Source of the DNA: an uncultured Christensenella sp.
GTDB taxonomy: Bacteria; Bacillota; Clostridia; Christensenellales; Borkfalkiaceae
Length of the DNA: 64,000 nucleotides
Reading direction: 5' to 3'
NCBI GenBank assembly: GCA_964401515.1
Contig: CAYNYV010000001.1
Coordinates: 8,667-72,666, forward strand
The notes under the pieces are model-generated. The model ran no database searches, had not been told where the DNA came from, and saw only the letters and a program-made list of their open reading frames with translations. Positions 1-10,500 of the stretch are shown piece after piece. The translations under genes were made by a program, and so were the position numbers. Position 1 is the first letter of the stretch. Each line of letters opens with the position of its first letter.

Positions 1-2
1 CG

Positions 3-200
3 CTTGGTTTGAAAGATCGCAAAGCCGACGGTACAGACGGGCAAGTAGCCCTTTCCGTCAAGAATAATTTAATCAAATTTATGTCGGATAATTACGGCGA
101 ACTTGCAAAGCACGTTAAAGACGTAAAAGTTTCGATGCCTTGGCGGCGTATGTTCGAATGTTACCTAAGACTTGAAACCGATTTTAAAACACGATTATGA
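3..200 (+). CDS. C-terminal fragment of a DUF4127-family protein (5' end outside window)
   Basis: The open frame runs off the left edge. Its tail NLIKFMSDNYGELAKHVKDVKVSMPWRRMFE aligns with the tail of the full-length paralog at 15521-17023 (ELLRYMAEVYPELSKYVKDIQVSSPWNRTFE). The stop overlaps the next start (ATGA at 197-200). Confidence 0.6.
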   Translation, partial: LGLKDRKADGTDGQVALSVKNNLIKFMSDNYGELAKHVKDVKVSMPWRRMFECYLRLETDFKTRL

Positions 201-1036
201 AAATAGGAATAGATATAGGCGGAACTTCCGTAAAAGGAATACTGCTTAATGATAATGAAATTATAAAGGAATACTCGTTACCGACGCGCGGCGGAGAAGG
301 ACGAGAAGCCATAATCGGCAGCGCTTTCGGCGTTATAGATAAGTTAATTTGCGATGAAGTAACCCTTATCGGCGTATCGTCGGCAGGGAATATCGATCCT
401 TTTAGCGGCACGTGCGTTTACGCCACCGATAATCTTAAAGGGTGGACGGGGTTTAACGTAAAAAAAGCGGTTGAATGCAGATATTCTTTGCCGTGTCTTG
501 TCGATAACGACGCGGTTTGCGCCTTGAAGGCAGAACTTTGCAACTATCCTTCGGTAAAAAGTGCCGTTATGGTAACTTTCGGCACGGGAATAGGCGGTGC
601 CGTATTAAGCGGCGGTAAAATCGTGCGCGGTAAAAATTACGACGGCGGAAGACTCGGTCATTCTGTTTTGGTACCAAACGGTTTAAGTTGTAACTGCGGT
701 AAACAAGGTTGTGCCGAAGTCTATCTTTCGTGTACGGCGTTAAAGAAAAAAGCGGCGAAAAATTATAAGGAAATCTTAGGCGTAAAGGAACTTGTCGAAC
801 TATATAAAAAAGGCGATAGGTCGGCTAAGGAGATATTTGGCGAGTTTTCCTTTTATTTGAACGTTTTTCTCGACAATATAAGAACGTTTATTTCGCCCGA
901 AGTAATCATTTTGGGCGGCGGACTTGCAAACGACGGCGAAACTTTAATGAGTTTTATATCCGACCATAGCGACGTAGAAATTGCAAAATACGGAAATAAT
1001 GCGGGTGCGATAGGCTCGCTTATAGAAAAATATTAA
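197..1036 (+). CDS. ROK-family sugar kinase (NanK/glucokinase-like)
   Basis: N-terminal ATP-binding motif MKIGIDIGGTSVKG. ROK signature DNDAVCALKAE. Zinc motif GHSVL...CNCGKQGCAEVY. At 279 aa it is the size of ManNAc kinases. Confidence 0.85.
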   Translation: MKIGIDIGGTSVKGILLNDNEIIKEYSLPTRGGEGREAIIGSAFGVIDKLICDEVTLIGVSSAGNIDPFSGTCVYATDNLKGWTGFNVKKAVECRYSLPCLVDNDAVCALKAELCNYPSVKSAVMVTFGTGIGGAVLSGGKIVRGKNYDGGRLGHSVLVPNGLSCNCGKQGCAEVYLSCTALKKKAAKNYKEILGVKELVELYKKGDRSAKEIFGEFSFYLNVFLDNIRTFISPEVIILGGGLANDGETLMSFISDHSDVEIAKYGNNAGAIGSLIEKY

Positions 1037-1054
1037 AATAAAAAAAAGGAAATT

Positions 1055-2992
1055 ATGAAATTTAATTTAAAAGATAAAACCCTTTCGGGCGCGTTTTGTA
1101 AACTTATAGGTAATTACGGTTTTGCCGTTTGCGATGACGGATTGGATACTTACGTTGAATTTTCGGACGTTGAGGGCGGCGGCGTAAAGTTTATTTATAA
1201 CGACGGAACGCTCGAATATAAAGACGGTAAACTTAATTATCAAGTAGGACAATATAATAATAAACCTTCGCTTCAAATCACCGTGACTAAAAAAAGTCAA
1301 GTATTTTGGGCATTAAAGCAGTTTTCCGATTTTTATGCGGATAAGCCTCCCGTCGGGGGTAATAAGTTCGTTTATAAACCTAAGTTTAAAGATTTGACTT
1401 ATATGTTGGACTGTTCGCGTAATGCCGTATATAAGGTCGAAACGGTTAAAGATGTAATCTCTCAACTTGCCGTTTGCGGCTATACGAGCATAATGTTATA
1501 TACGGAAGATACATATAAGGTCGACGATTATCCTTACTTCGGGTATTTACGTAACGGTTACACCAAAGAAGATTTAAAGGAAATCGACGAATACGCTCAA
1601 ACTTTAGGATTGGAACTTATCCCTTGCATTCAAACGTTGGCGCATTTTAACACGGTAACGCGTTATCCGGCGATGGATCGTTTATTCGACTGTAACGACA
1701 TTTTGCTTGTCGGCGAAGAGGAAACTTACAAGTTTATCGAAAGCCTTATTTCCACATGCGCAAACTGTTTTACTTCGCGCCGTATAAATATCGGTATGGA
1801 CGAAGCTTATATGCTCGGTCGCGGCAGATACCTTGAAAAACACGGTTTCGAAAAGCGTTTCGACATAATGAAAAAGCATCTTAAAAAGGTAAACGAAATT
1901 TGCGAAAAATACGGTTTTAAGCCTATGATGTGGTCGGATATGTTTTTCTTCTTCGTATCGGGCGAACATTGCAACTCGGGCGAAGTTACATATAAAGGCA
2001 TCGTACCCGAAAACGTTAGTTTGGTATATTGGAACTATTGGGATTTATCCGAAGAAAAATACGACGTTGCGATGAAGCAACACCGCAATTTCGATAACGA
2101 ATTGATTTTTGCGGGCGGCGCTTGGAAATGGCTCGGATTTGCCCCTGATAACCGTTATTCCTTAAAGGCGATGGAAGAATCCACCAAAGCGTGTGTAAAA
2201 AACAACGTCGACCATTATATCGTAACGGGTTGGGGCGATAACGGCGCGGAAACTTCTTGTTTTGCGGTTTTACCCGCCATTTTTTACCAAGGTTATATAA
2301 ATTATCACGGCTACGAAGTAAACGATCCTTTTAAGAAAGCCTTTAAGAGTTTTTCGGGTATGGAACTCGACGACTTTTTAACGCTCGACCTTGCCAATCG
2401 CGTTACGAAAAACGACGATATCAACGAAAAAACAAGCGCTGCAAAATATTTGTTATTCAACGACGTTTTATTGGGGACGCTCGATACTATAATCGAAAAA
2501 GGTCAAAACGAACTTTACGCCGAACACGCCGAAAGACTCGGCAAAGTTGTCGAGAAAGCGGGCAAATGGGCGTATATTTTTAAAACGCAGCAGAAACTTT
2601 GCAAAGTCTTGTCAATAAAAGCCGAAATCGGCATAAATTTGCGTGAGGCTTATAAAAACGGCGACAAGGAAAGATTGCAATCACTTTTGATGGAATTGAA
2701 AATTTTGTATACGCACGTCACGCATTTTTACTTTGCGTTTAGCGAACAATGGGAAAAGGAAGCGCGCCCGAACGGTTTTGACGTTCAAGATATAAGAATC
2801 GGCGCGTTAAAGCAAAGAATTTTAACCGCGATACACAAGGTGGACGATTATTTGAAAGGATATACCGACCGTATAGGCGAACTCGAAGAAGAATTGCTTT
2901 GCTTTATGGGACACGGCAAAGATTTTGAAAAAGACTTCGATCAGTGCGAATACAGATGGAGAAGAATGACTTCCGTCAACGTAAACGACTGA
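1055..2992 (+). CDS. Glycoside hydrolase family 20-like (beta-N-acetylhexosaminidase-like), cytoplasmic
   Basis: TIM-barrel stretch DCSRNAVYKVETVKDVISQLAVCGYTSIMLYTED...IPCIQTLAHF. D-E catalytic pair context INIGMDEAYMLG. No signal peptide. Confidence 0.7.
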   Translation: MKFNLKDKTLSGAFCKLIGNYGFAVCDDGLDTYVEFSDVEGGGVKFIYNDGTLEYKDGKLNYQVGQYNNKPSLQITVTKKSQVFWALKQFSDFYADKPPVGGNKFVYKPKFKDLTYMLDCSRNAVYKVETVKDVISQLAVCGYTSIMLYTEDTYKVDDYPYFGYLRNGYTKEDLKEIDEYAQTLGLELIPCIQTLAHFNTVTRYPAMDRLFDCNDILLVGEEETYKFIESLISTCANCFTSRRINIGMDEAYMLGRGRYLEKHGFEKRFDIMKKHLKKVNEICEKYGFKPMMWSDMFFFFVSGEHCNSGEVTYKGIVPENVSLVYWNYWDLSEEKYDVAMKQHRNFDNELIFAGGAWKWLGFAPDNRYSLKAMEESTKACVKNNVDHYIVTGWGDNGAETSCFAVLPAIFYQGYINYHGYEVNDPFKKAFKSFSGMELDDFLTLDLANRVTKNDDINEKTSAAKYLLFNDVLLGTLDTIIEKGQNELYAEHAERLGKVVEKAGKWAYIFKTQQKLCKVLSIKAEIGINLREAYKNGDKERLQSLLMELKILYTHVTHFYFAFSEQWEKEARPNGFDVQDIRIGALKQRILTAIHKVDDYLKGYTDRIGELEEELLCFMGHGKDFEKDFDQCEYRWRRMTSVNVND

Positions 2993-3082
2993 TAAAGTCT
3001 AAACGTGCGACAAAATTAATTTTACGACGAGAAAAAAAAGATATAGTTTTATAAATCATTAAAACTGCGAGGGTAAAACAAA

Positions 3083-5086
3083 ATGATTAACAGATATCGT
3101 TTCGGGACGCCTATACAAACGGGTGCAGTCGTTAAGCAAATACCTTATAGCGACGTCGAAACGTTAAACTCGTTTTATTTTTCCGTTGAACAGCAAACGG
3201 GTGCTTACGTTTTTACCGTTCAACTGAAAAAATTGGATAAAGTTTACGGACTTGGCGAGCAAGTTAGGGGAATTAACAAACGCGGATGGATATATACGAG
3301 CGACAACGAAGACGATCCCGTTATCACCGATACGAGAACGTCCTTATACTGCGCACACAATTTTATATCGGTAAACGCCGTCAATAAGTGGGGTGCCTTT
3401 TTCGATTTTCCTGCAAAAGTTGTCTTCGATATCGGCTATACCGACACTAATTTTATGACTGTAAAATGTTACGGCGACGGAGACTTGTACATTATCGAAA
3501 ACGACGATTTGATTTCCGTTTCAAAGGAATTCAGAAGTCTTATCGGGCGTAGTTATATACCGCCGAGATGGGCTTTCGGCATAGGTCAAAGCCGTTGGGG
3601 CTATAAAACCGCCGACGAAATCCGTGAAGTCGTCGCTAAGTACGAAGGATCCGAATTACCTCTCGATATGGTCTATATGGATATAGATTATATGAAGGAT
3701 TACCAAGATTTTACGATAAACGAAGAAAGATTTCCCGATTTCAAAAACTTCGTCGAAGAAATGCTTTCTAAGGGCGTACGGCTTATACCCATCGTCGATG
3801 CCGCGATAAAGGTTAAGGACGATTATTCTATTTACTCGGAAGGCGTTGAAAAGCAAGCCTTTTGTGTCGATAAAAAGGGTAAGCCTTACGTTGTCGGCGT
3901 TTGGCCGGGGGATAGCGTTCTTCCCGACGTTTTAAACGACGAAGCCGCGGAATGGTTCGGTTCCAAGTATAAATTTTATTTAGACTACGGGATAGAAGGC
4001 TTTTGGAACGATATGAACGAACCTGCGCTTTTTTACAGCAAAAAACGTTTGAAAGCCGTTTTAGCCGAATTCAAAAAGGCAGATCCCGAAATGACGATAG
4101 ACGAATTCAATTATTTTAATCGGAAATTATCGTCTTTAAAGAATAACCGTGAAGATTTTACAGAATTTTATCATACCGTCGACGGTGAAAAAGTAAGACA
4201 CGATAAAGTGCACAATCTTTACGGCTATAAACTTACCGAATGTTCTTCTAAATATCTTCAAAAATACCAACCGAAAAAGCGGCATTTGATTTTTTCAAGG
4301 TCGTCTTACATAGGAATGCATCGTTACGGAGGCGTTTGGACGGGAGATAACAGTTCGTCGTGGCATCATTTATTGCTCAACTTGCAGATGTTGCCGGGGC
4401 TTAATATGTGCGGATTTTTATATTCCGGCGCAGATATAGGCGGTTTTGCTTCGCACGCGACCGAAGACTTGTTATTGCGTTGGATGGCTCTCGCCGTGTT
4501 TACTCCGTTATATCGTAATCATTCGACAAACGGCTCTCGTTATCAAGAACCTTACAACTTTAAGGCGATAGATAAATTCCGTCAACTTATGAAGGTCAGA
4601 TACGCTTTATTACCTTTCGTTTACAGCGAATTCGTAAAATGCGCTTTGTCAGACGATTTGCTGTTTAAGCCCATGTCCTTTGTTTTTCCCGACGATAAAC
4701 GTTCCTTGTCGGTCGAAGACCAATTAATAATGGGCGGCGGAGTAATGATTTGCCCCGTGTACGAACAGAATGCGCCCGGCAGATACGTTTATTTGCCCGA
4801 AGATATGTTAGAAGTGCGTTTTACGAACGCCGGTATAAAAACCAAACAACGCAAAAACGGCAATCACTACGTAAGCGTTTTAATCGACCAAGTCGTATTC
4901 TTTTTACGTAAAGGTTACGTTATCCCCGTTGCGAAACCGCAAAACCGCGTGGGTGACGTCGATTTTGAAAACGTCGACTTTATAAAGAACATTGACAAGG
5001 AAACCGAGTATACGCTTTGTATCGATGACGGAACGACTACCGACGACCTTTCAAAATATTTGAAGACAGTAAAGGTTAAACCGTAA
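3083..5086 (+). CDS. Glycoside hydrolase family 31 alpha-glycosidase, cytoplasmic
   Basis: GH31 nucleophile motif GFWNDMNEP and acid/base region GGVWTGDNSSSW. 667 aa, no signal peptide. Confidence 0.9.
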   Translation: MINRYRFGTPIQTGAVVKQIPYSDVETLNSFYFSVEQQTGAYVFTVQLKKLDKVYGLGEQVRGINKRGWIYTSDNEDDPVITDTRTSLYCAHNFISVNAVNKWGAFFDFPAKVVFDIGYTDTNFMTVKCYGDGDLYIIENDDLISVSKEFRSLIGRSYIPPRWAFGIGQSRWGYKTADEIREVVAKYEGSELPLDMVYMDIDYMKDYQDFTINEERFPDFKNFVEEMLSKGVRLIPIVDAAIKVKDDYSIYSEGVEKQAFCVDKKGKPYVVGVWPGDSVLPDVLNDEAAEWFGSKYKFYLDYGIEGFWNDMNEPALFYSKKRLKAVLAEFKKADPEMTIDEFNYFNRKLSSLKNNREDFTEFYHTVDGEKVRHDKVHNLYGYKLTECSSKYLQKYQPKKRHLIFSRSSYIGMHRYGGVWTGDNSSSWHHLLLNLQMLPGLNMCGFLYSGADIGGFASHATEDLLLRWMALAVFTPLYRNHSTNGSRYQEPYNFKAIDKFRQLMKVRYALLPFVYSEFVKCALSDDLLFKPMSFVFPDDKRSLSVEDQLIMGGGVMICPVYEQNAPGRYVYLPEDMLEVRFTNAGIKTKQRKNGNHYVSVLIDQVVFFLRKGYVIPVAKPQNRVGDVDFENVDFIKNIDKETEYTLCIDDGTTTDDLSKYLKTVKVKP

Positions 5087-5089
5087 ATT

Positions 5090-5905
5090 ATGAATTTAGA
5101 TTATCTTTTAAATATTTTAGAGTTCGACGAAAGCGATAGAGGACAGATTAAAAAATATACCGATATATCTTTGAATTCGGAAGTCTGCCGTAATATTAAG
5201 TTGCTTACCGAAAAGAACTTTTACGAGTCCGCCGAAAAAGAATTGCAAACGATATTATATCCCGACGAAAACGGACTGAAGATGTTGTGTGCAATGCTTA
5301 AAGCCGCACTTATATCGTACGAAAAATACCTGAAAGCGGGGATAAGCGAAAAAGTGTTTATAGACACGATGAAGTGCTTTACCCGCTTTACGGGCGAGTT
5401 TAAAAAACAGAAAGGCTATTTTGGTTTTGACAGAAGTTTTTGGACGGGTAGGGAATTATCTCTTTCGCTTTTTAGGCTCGGCGAACTCGAATACGAAACG
5501 ACGGTAACCGAAGACGGTAAAAACGTTATTTATATGCACGTTCCTTCGGACTGCGATTTGACGGACGAAAAGGTTGATTTTTCACTTATTTCGGCTCGAG
5601 CCTTTTTTGAGATGCATTATCCCGAATACGCGGCGGCGGAGTATCGTATTCATACTTGGCTGTTATCTTCTTCGTTGAAATCGATTTTGCCTGAAACGAG
5701 TAAAATAATCAAATTTCAAGAAAGATTTAACGTCTGTGAAGAGAATCCTTCCGACGGCTATAAGTTTTGGGTTTTCGGCAATAGCAACTTAACCCCCGAA
5801 GATTTTACCGAAAAAACCACGCTTCAACGCGGCGTAAAGCGTTACGTTTTGCAAGGAAACGCAATGACGGAGGCGATCGGTATATTAAAGGTTTTTAAAA
5901 CCTAA
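5090..5905 (+). CDS. Hypothetical protein, possibly of the acyltransferase-domain (DUF5596 / GNAT_C-like) family
   Basis: 271-aa ORF starting 3 nt after the GH31 stop, so probably translationally coupled. The family assignment rests only on remembered resemblance (FWTGRELSLSLFRLGELEYE, RIHTWLL). No catalytic motif was verified. Confidence 0.35.
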   Translation: MNLDYLLNILEFDESDRGQIKKYTDISLNSEVCRNIKLLTEKNFYESAEKELQTILYPDENGLKMLCAMLKAALISYEKYLKAGISEKVFIDTMKCFTRFTGEFKKQKGYFGFDRSFWTGRELSLSLFRLGELEYETTVTEDGKNVIYMHVPSDCDLTDEKVDFSLISARAFFEMHYPEYAAAEYRIHTWLLSSSLKSILPETSKIIKFQERFNVCEENPSDGYKFWVFGNSNLTPEDFTEKTTLQRGVKRYVLQGNAMTEAIGILKVFKT

Positions 5906-5982
5906 TAGTCGTTAAAATTTGTCTTTACGGGTAAAACTTTCCGAAAATTATTTGAAATATGTAAATTTTTTTCTGCGTATCA

Positions 5983-6011
5983 TTGACAAAATGAAAAAAA
6001 TTTATTAGAAT
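5983..6011 (+). promoter_or_regulatory. Sigma-A type promoter for the rpiR-family regulator
   Basis: TTGACA (5983-5988), 17-nt spacer, TAGAAT (6006-6011). Confidence 0.6.
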
Positions 6012-6054
6012 ATAAACATATTTTTTCAAACTAAAGATTATTTTCGATTGAATT

Positions 6055-6100
6055 AATTTCGGGTTAAGCGTTTGTTACCTAAGCCTGCCCGAAATTTTTA
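6055..6100 (+). promoter_or_regulatory. Terminator-like hairpin in the leader of the regulator gene
   Basis: 9-bp stem AATTTCGGG (6055-6063) / CCCGAAATT (6088-6096) followed by a T-run. A competing hairpin GGT(T)AA / TTACC (6062-6080) shares the GGG. It lies between the promoter and the ATG at 6129. Confidence 0.4.
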
Positions 6101-6128
6101 TTATCGAAAATCAGTTACGCGAGGTATT

Positions 6129-6962
6129 ATGAACGACTCAATTGCAACGAGAATAGCAAAAGCAAAAGAGGCTAAGATAACCAAATCACAACAAAAGTTG
6201 ATAGATTATCTTGAAAACGCAGATTATAAACAGATTATGTACTTTACCATTACCGAATTTGCAAAAGCAACGGGTACGGGTGAAGCGACGATTTTGCGTT
6301 TCTGCCGTCTTTTGGGCTTTGACGGTTATCAAGTTTTTAAACTTCAAATCGCACGTGAATTCAGTCAGCAAGACCTTGCAATGCAACGCAGCACCGAAGA
6401 TTTTCGCTCCGATATACTAAAAGCATACGAAACGGCCATAACAATTTGTATGAATAGCCTTTCATGCGAGAAGTTATCTAATGTTGCAGAACTTATGATA
6501 AACGCAAGAAGAATAAGTTGTTTCGGGGTAGGTAATTCCTATATAGCGGCGCTGGAACTTCACAACCGATTAATGGCGATGGGTATGCCCACTAATTGCG
6601 AGTCCGACGCCCATATGCAAAACGTACTTGCTTCTACTTCGTCCGAAGAAGATATTCTTATAGTTTTCAGTGTATCGGGCAGTACCAAAGACGTCGTTGA
6701 GGCGACAAAGTTCGCTAAAAATTACGGAATGAAGATAGTACTTATAACGGCGCACGAAGTATCTCCGCTTACAAAACTTTCCGATATAGTCGTATCGACC
6801 GGCGAACCCGATTTTTACCGCGAAGTAAGCACTATGACGAATAAAGTCGTTCAGTTATACGTAATCGACGCTCTGTGCGAAGCCTTACACAGAAAGGATA
6901 AAGACCGTTTCGACGCAAACATTTATCGTAGTCGCGGCGCAACTGTCGGTAAACTCATTTAA
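6129..6962 (+). CDS. MurR/RpiR-family transcriptional regulator (HTH_6 + SIS domain)
   Basis: N-terminal HTH ITEFAKATGTGEATILRFCRLLGFDGY. SIS region RISCFGVGNSYIAALELHNRL...LIVFSVSGSTKDV. I prefer the ATG at 6129 (GAGGT RBS at 6121) over the longer track ORF starting at 6072. Confidence 0.9.
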   Translation: MNDSIATRIAKAKEAKITKSQQKLIDYLENADYKQIMYFTITEFAKATGTGEATILRFCRLLGFDGYQVFKLQIAREFSQQDLAMQRSTEDFRSDILKAYETAITICMNSLSCEKLSNVAELMINARRISCFGVGNSYIAALELHNRLMAMGMPTNCESDAHMQNVLASTSSEEDILIVFSVSGSTKDVVEATKFAKNYGMKIVLITAHEVSPLTKLSDIVVSTGEPDFYREVSTMTNKVVQLYVIDALCEALHRKDKDRFDANIYRSRGATVGKLI

Positions 6963-7018
6963 GACGTCGTTATATCTTAAAATTAAGTTAAATAGGGAAT
7001 TTCAACTAAAAAATTCGT

Positions 7019-7046
7019 AAAACCGTCTTTATAGGCGGTTTTTTCT
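7019..7046 (+). terminator. Intrinsic terminator after the regulator gene
   Basis: Stem AACCGTC / GGCGGTT followed by TTTTTT. Confidence 0.6.
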
Positions 7047-7169
7047 TATATTACGCCAAATTATTAAAAAAAATTTTTAGTGATGAAATAATTTTTCGTA
7101 AAAATGTTTTTTTAAAGAAATTATTTTCAAAATTGCCCTTATATTGACAAATTTTGTGTGTTTTAAAAA

Positions 7170-7186
7170 TTGAAAAATATTTTCAA
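7170..7186. promoter_or_regulatory. Palindrome TTGAAAA-ATA-TTTTCAA (candidate operator)
   Basis: Perfect 7-bp arms with a 3-nt spacer. The half-site ATTTTCAAAA recurs near 7124 and 7243 in the same AT-rich region. Confidence 0.35.
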
Positions 7187-7264
7187 AACTTAAAAATATA
7201 ACCGATTTCAGGGGCGTTTTTTCAAGTTGCGAAGAAAAAAATAAAAAAAATTTTCAAAAAACTA

Positions 7265-7292
7265 TTGACAAATACAAAATTTGTGTTACAAT
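7265..7292 (+). promoter_or_regulatory. Strong promoter of the giant lipoprotein gene, with an embedded inverted repeat
   Basis: TTGACA (7265-7270), 16-nt spacer, extended -10 TGtTACAAT (7284-7292). The spacer contains ACAAAT-N5-ATTTGT. A weaker copy of the TTGACAAAT..TTTGTGT module sits at 7144-7160. Confidence 0.6.
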
Positions 7293-7352
7293 ATTACTGT
7301 AAATAATTTTCATTACCGCAAAATTATTGAAAATTTTAACCATAAATACATA

Positions 7353-7391
7353 AAAGGGGATATCCCCTTTGCGTTTGCAGCGCAAACGCAA
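7353..7391 (+). promoter_or_regulatory. Two adjacent GC-rich hairpins in the ~270-nt leader of the giant lipoprotein gene
   Basis: AAAGGGGATATCCCCTTT (7353-7370) and TTGCGTTTGC-AGC-GCAAACGCAA (7369-7391). Neither is followed by a U-tract. Confidence 0.5.
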
Positions 7392-7568
7392 ATACCGCTT
7401 AACTGCATAAAATATTAAGAATGCTATTTTTAAAGTCGCATTAATATAATATGTTATGCAAGGCATACTGTTTTAAAGTCTGTGTTTAAGCGCGTATTAT
7501 TTAAAGTGGTATCATGACCGTAAAGGTCAAATATAAAAAATCATTATTTTTTCTAATAGGAGGAAAAG

Positions 7569-10500
7569 ATGAAAAGAAAGTTTTCTGTTATTTCTGTCTT
7601 AATCTTGGCAGTATGCATGGTATTTTCTTTAGTTGCTTGTACCGGTAACCCTTCGAACAACGGCGGCAACAATAAAGTCGTACCCGAACCGCGTACGAGA
7701 GAAGACACACGTGTTGAAGCCTATACGGCTTATCAAGCAGACGGCACTCTTATAGGCGACTATAAGACGATAGCAGCGGCTATCAACGCAGCAGTTGCAA
7801 CCGACAGTTTCGGTAAAGACAACTCCGTCGTAGAATACGGTAGCTACGTTGAATTAGACGGCACCGTTGTTTTCCAAAACCGTAACGGTTTTGCCGAAGC
7901 GTCGGACGACCAATTCTGGTTCTATGCCAACGGTACTCAACTCGAAGGCTACGACTGCTATGACGAGGCGATGTACGCCGGTTATTTGAAAAACAACAAG
8001 GTTATCACTCACGAAGTAACCGCAAGGGGTTCTTTATCTAAACAATTCCACAACGGTTATGCGATTTTACAACCCGACGGTGAATTAGAAACCGAAAAAT
8101 ACGCTCAGTCGTGGGAATTATCTTCCACAATGGACGCAGCGGTTCTTTATTTACCCGCAAGATTGGATGGTATCAGCGGTCTTTCATATGAACTTGATTT
8201 AAGCAACGTTCAGATTAAGCCTAACTTCGAAGGTACCGACGATACTTACGCTTTTATCGGTTATTACGCTTGGGAAGATTACTATGTAATCGCTACCGGT
8301 ATTGCTTGTAACGTTCAAACGGGCGCATGGTTCCCGTTCGAAGGTTCTTCCCGCGACGACAGTTTCAACGACGTAACTTACAATATCGGGGACAAACCAT
8401 TGATGATCTCTAATTGGAACGAAGAAGGCGGATATTGGGTTCCCGAATATCCGAAGTTAGAAACTTCCATTAAGACCATTGAACTTTACGACGAAGACAA
8501 CGAAACCGAATACTATGTCGACAGAAGCGTTTACAACTTCTACACTGCAGACGGCAAACTCGATCAAACTTACACGGTTGACGTTGACGACGAACTTATC
8601 GCCAACTATTTCGGCGGCGTTCCCATGAACGTAGCGAATACCTTCGTATTTATTGCAGGTCTCGACGTCAGAACCCCCGACAACGCATGTACCGATTATA
8701 CCAACGGAGCGGAATTCAAAAACTTAAAAGTTACGAAAGCAACCGCCCACGTACCTTCGGAAGACGAAATATCCGACGCTATTTACGGTTACATCATTAC
8801 CCCCGAATGGAAGGGTAACGATTACAATATCGTAATGGCTTCAGGTGACCACGAAGCGGGCATTTTGGATTATGCTATCTTAAATACTTATGCCTGCGCC
8901 GAATACACTAAAGTCGACGGATGCGACGTATTTAGTTTCAGTTATGATAAAGACAACGCTCCAGATACCGCTCTTGGCGGAAAAGCGGCCGAATTACAGG
9001 CTAAAATCGATTCTCTTAAAGATTTAACCGCCGATAACGTTCTCGAAAACGAAGATCTTATTGCGGAAGTCGCCGCTATGTTCGGTACCGACGGCACCGT
9101 TGCAACAAGTAGCTTAGCACAAAAATTCTATACGGTATTGGATTTCTCTCCGTTGAAGAAGGCTCAGCAACTTTTTGCCGAAAACGCACCTCTTTCCGAA
9201 GAAGCAACGGAATACAAAAATGCGTTTAACGCCCTTCCTTCGCTTCTTACGTACGATTACGTCGGTTGGAAGACTACCGAGGAAGACGATGCCGGCTATT
9301 TAATGAACGACGTTCAAGATTTCGCCGCGCTTTACGCTCTGTATGCCGACAAAATGACCGAAGACGATATTGCAAGATGGAAACATCACGTAAATACCGA
9401 CGATTATAATATGTATGTTGACCTTATGAATAAGTCAACCGAATATTTTGCCGAAGGTTTCACTATTACCGCTAAAGCGGAAGGATCGTCTGCGACGCAA
9501 AAGACCTTTACCGGCGAAGAAGCTTTCGCCGACATTGCTTTCTATCTTAACAAGATTAAGAAAGGTACCAGATGGGGATTCGAAGGTGAACCCGAAAACG
9601 ACGACGGTAATTACACAAACGGTGCAATTGTTTCGACGCAACTTAGCTCCGATAACAACTGGTTGCCTACTTATCACGTTCTCTTCTTAAAGGCTCGTTT
9701 GGAAGAAGCGGGTTACAAACTTCCCGAATACATGACTAACCTTATGACTCTTGCGGGCGCGTCAAGCGGTATGTACAAAGATTTCGAATATATCGACACC
9801 GTACTTACCTTGGCTGCTAACATCGCTAACGGCAGTGTAAGAGTCGTCGACGAAAAGGTTGCCGCTTCCGTTAACAAAGTTTTAGTCGGTTACGAAGCGT
9901 TTACCGAAGTAGGTCTTGCATGGAACTTCAACAACCATCCCGATAAAGCGGACTTCCTTTACAGATCCAAAGCGTATAAACTTTATTACGGATTAGAAAC
10001 AGAGACTAACTTTGCGGTTTATCTTGAAAGCGTAATGAGCTTCCTTAAGAATCGCGTAGGCGCTACCGTTAACGAAACCGGTCTCGGTCTTACCGAAGCG
10101 GTTGTCGCTCAAGATTTAACTATCTCCGATGCGGCTGCGGAAGTTATCGCGTTATTCGATAAAACCAAAATACACGGCGGCGCGTTTACCGAATATGCCG
10201 CTGCTTTGGAAAAATTCAAAGCATTGTCCGAAAAAGATCAAACGATCGTCGAATTATACAGCGACTACACTGAACTTGTCGAACTTTTAGAAGGCAATAA
10301 AAACGCTTTGGAAGCAGTTGTTCTTACCGACGTTGCTCCTATCACGGTATTTAGTAAAATTTATTTCAACCAAGATACGACGACGAATCAATTAACCGCT
10401 AAGGAAGCGTTAAATCAACTGAGCGAACTCGTTTGCAAAGTTCAAGCCAACGCAAAATGGACTTACGGAGAAGATTCCGACAACGGCGAAAGCAATAAGA

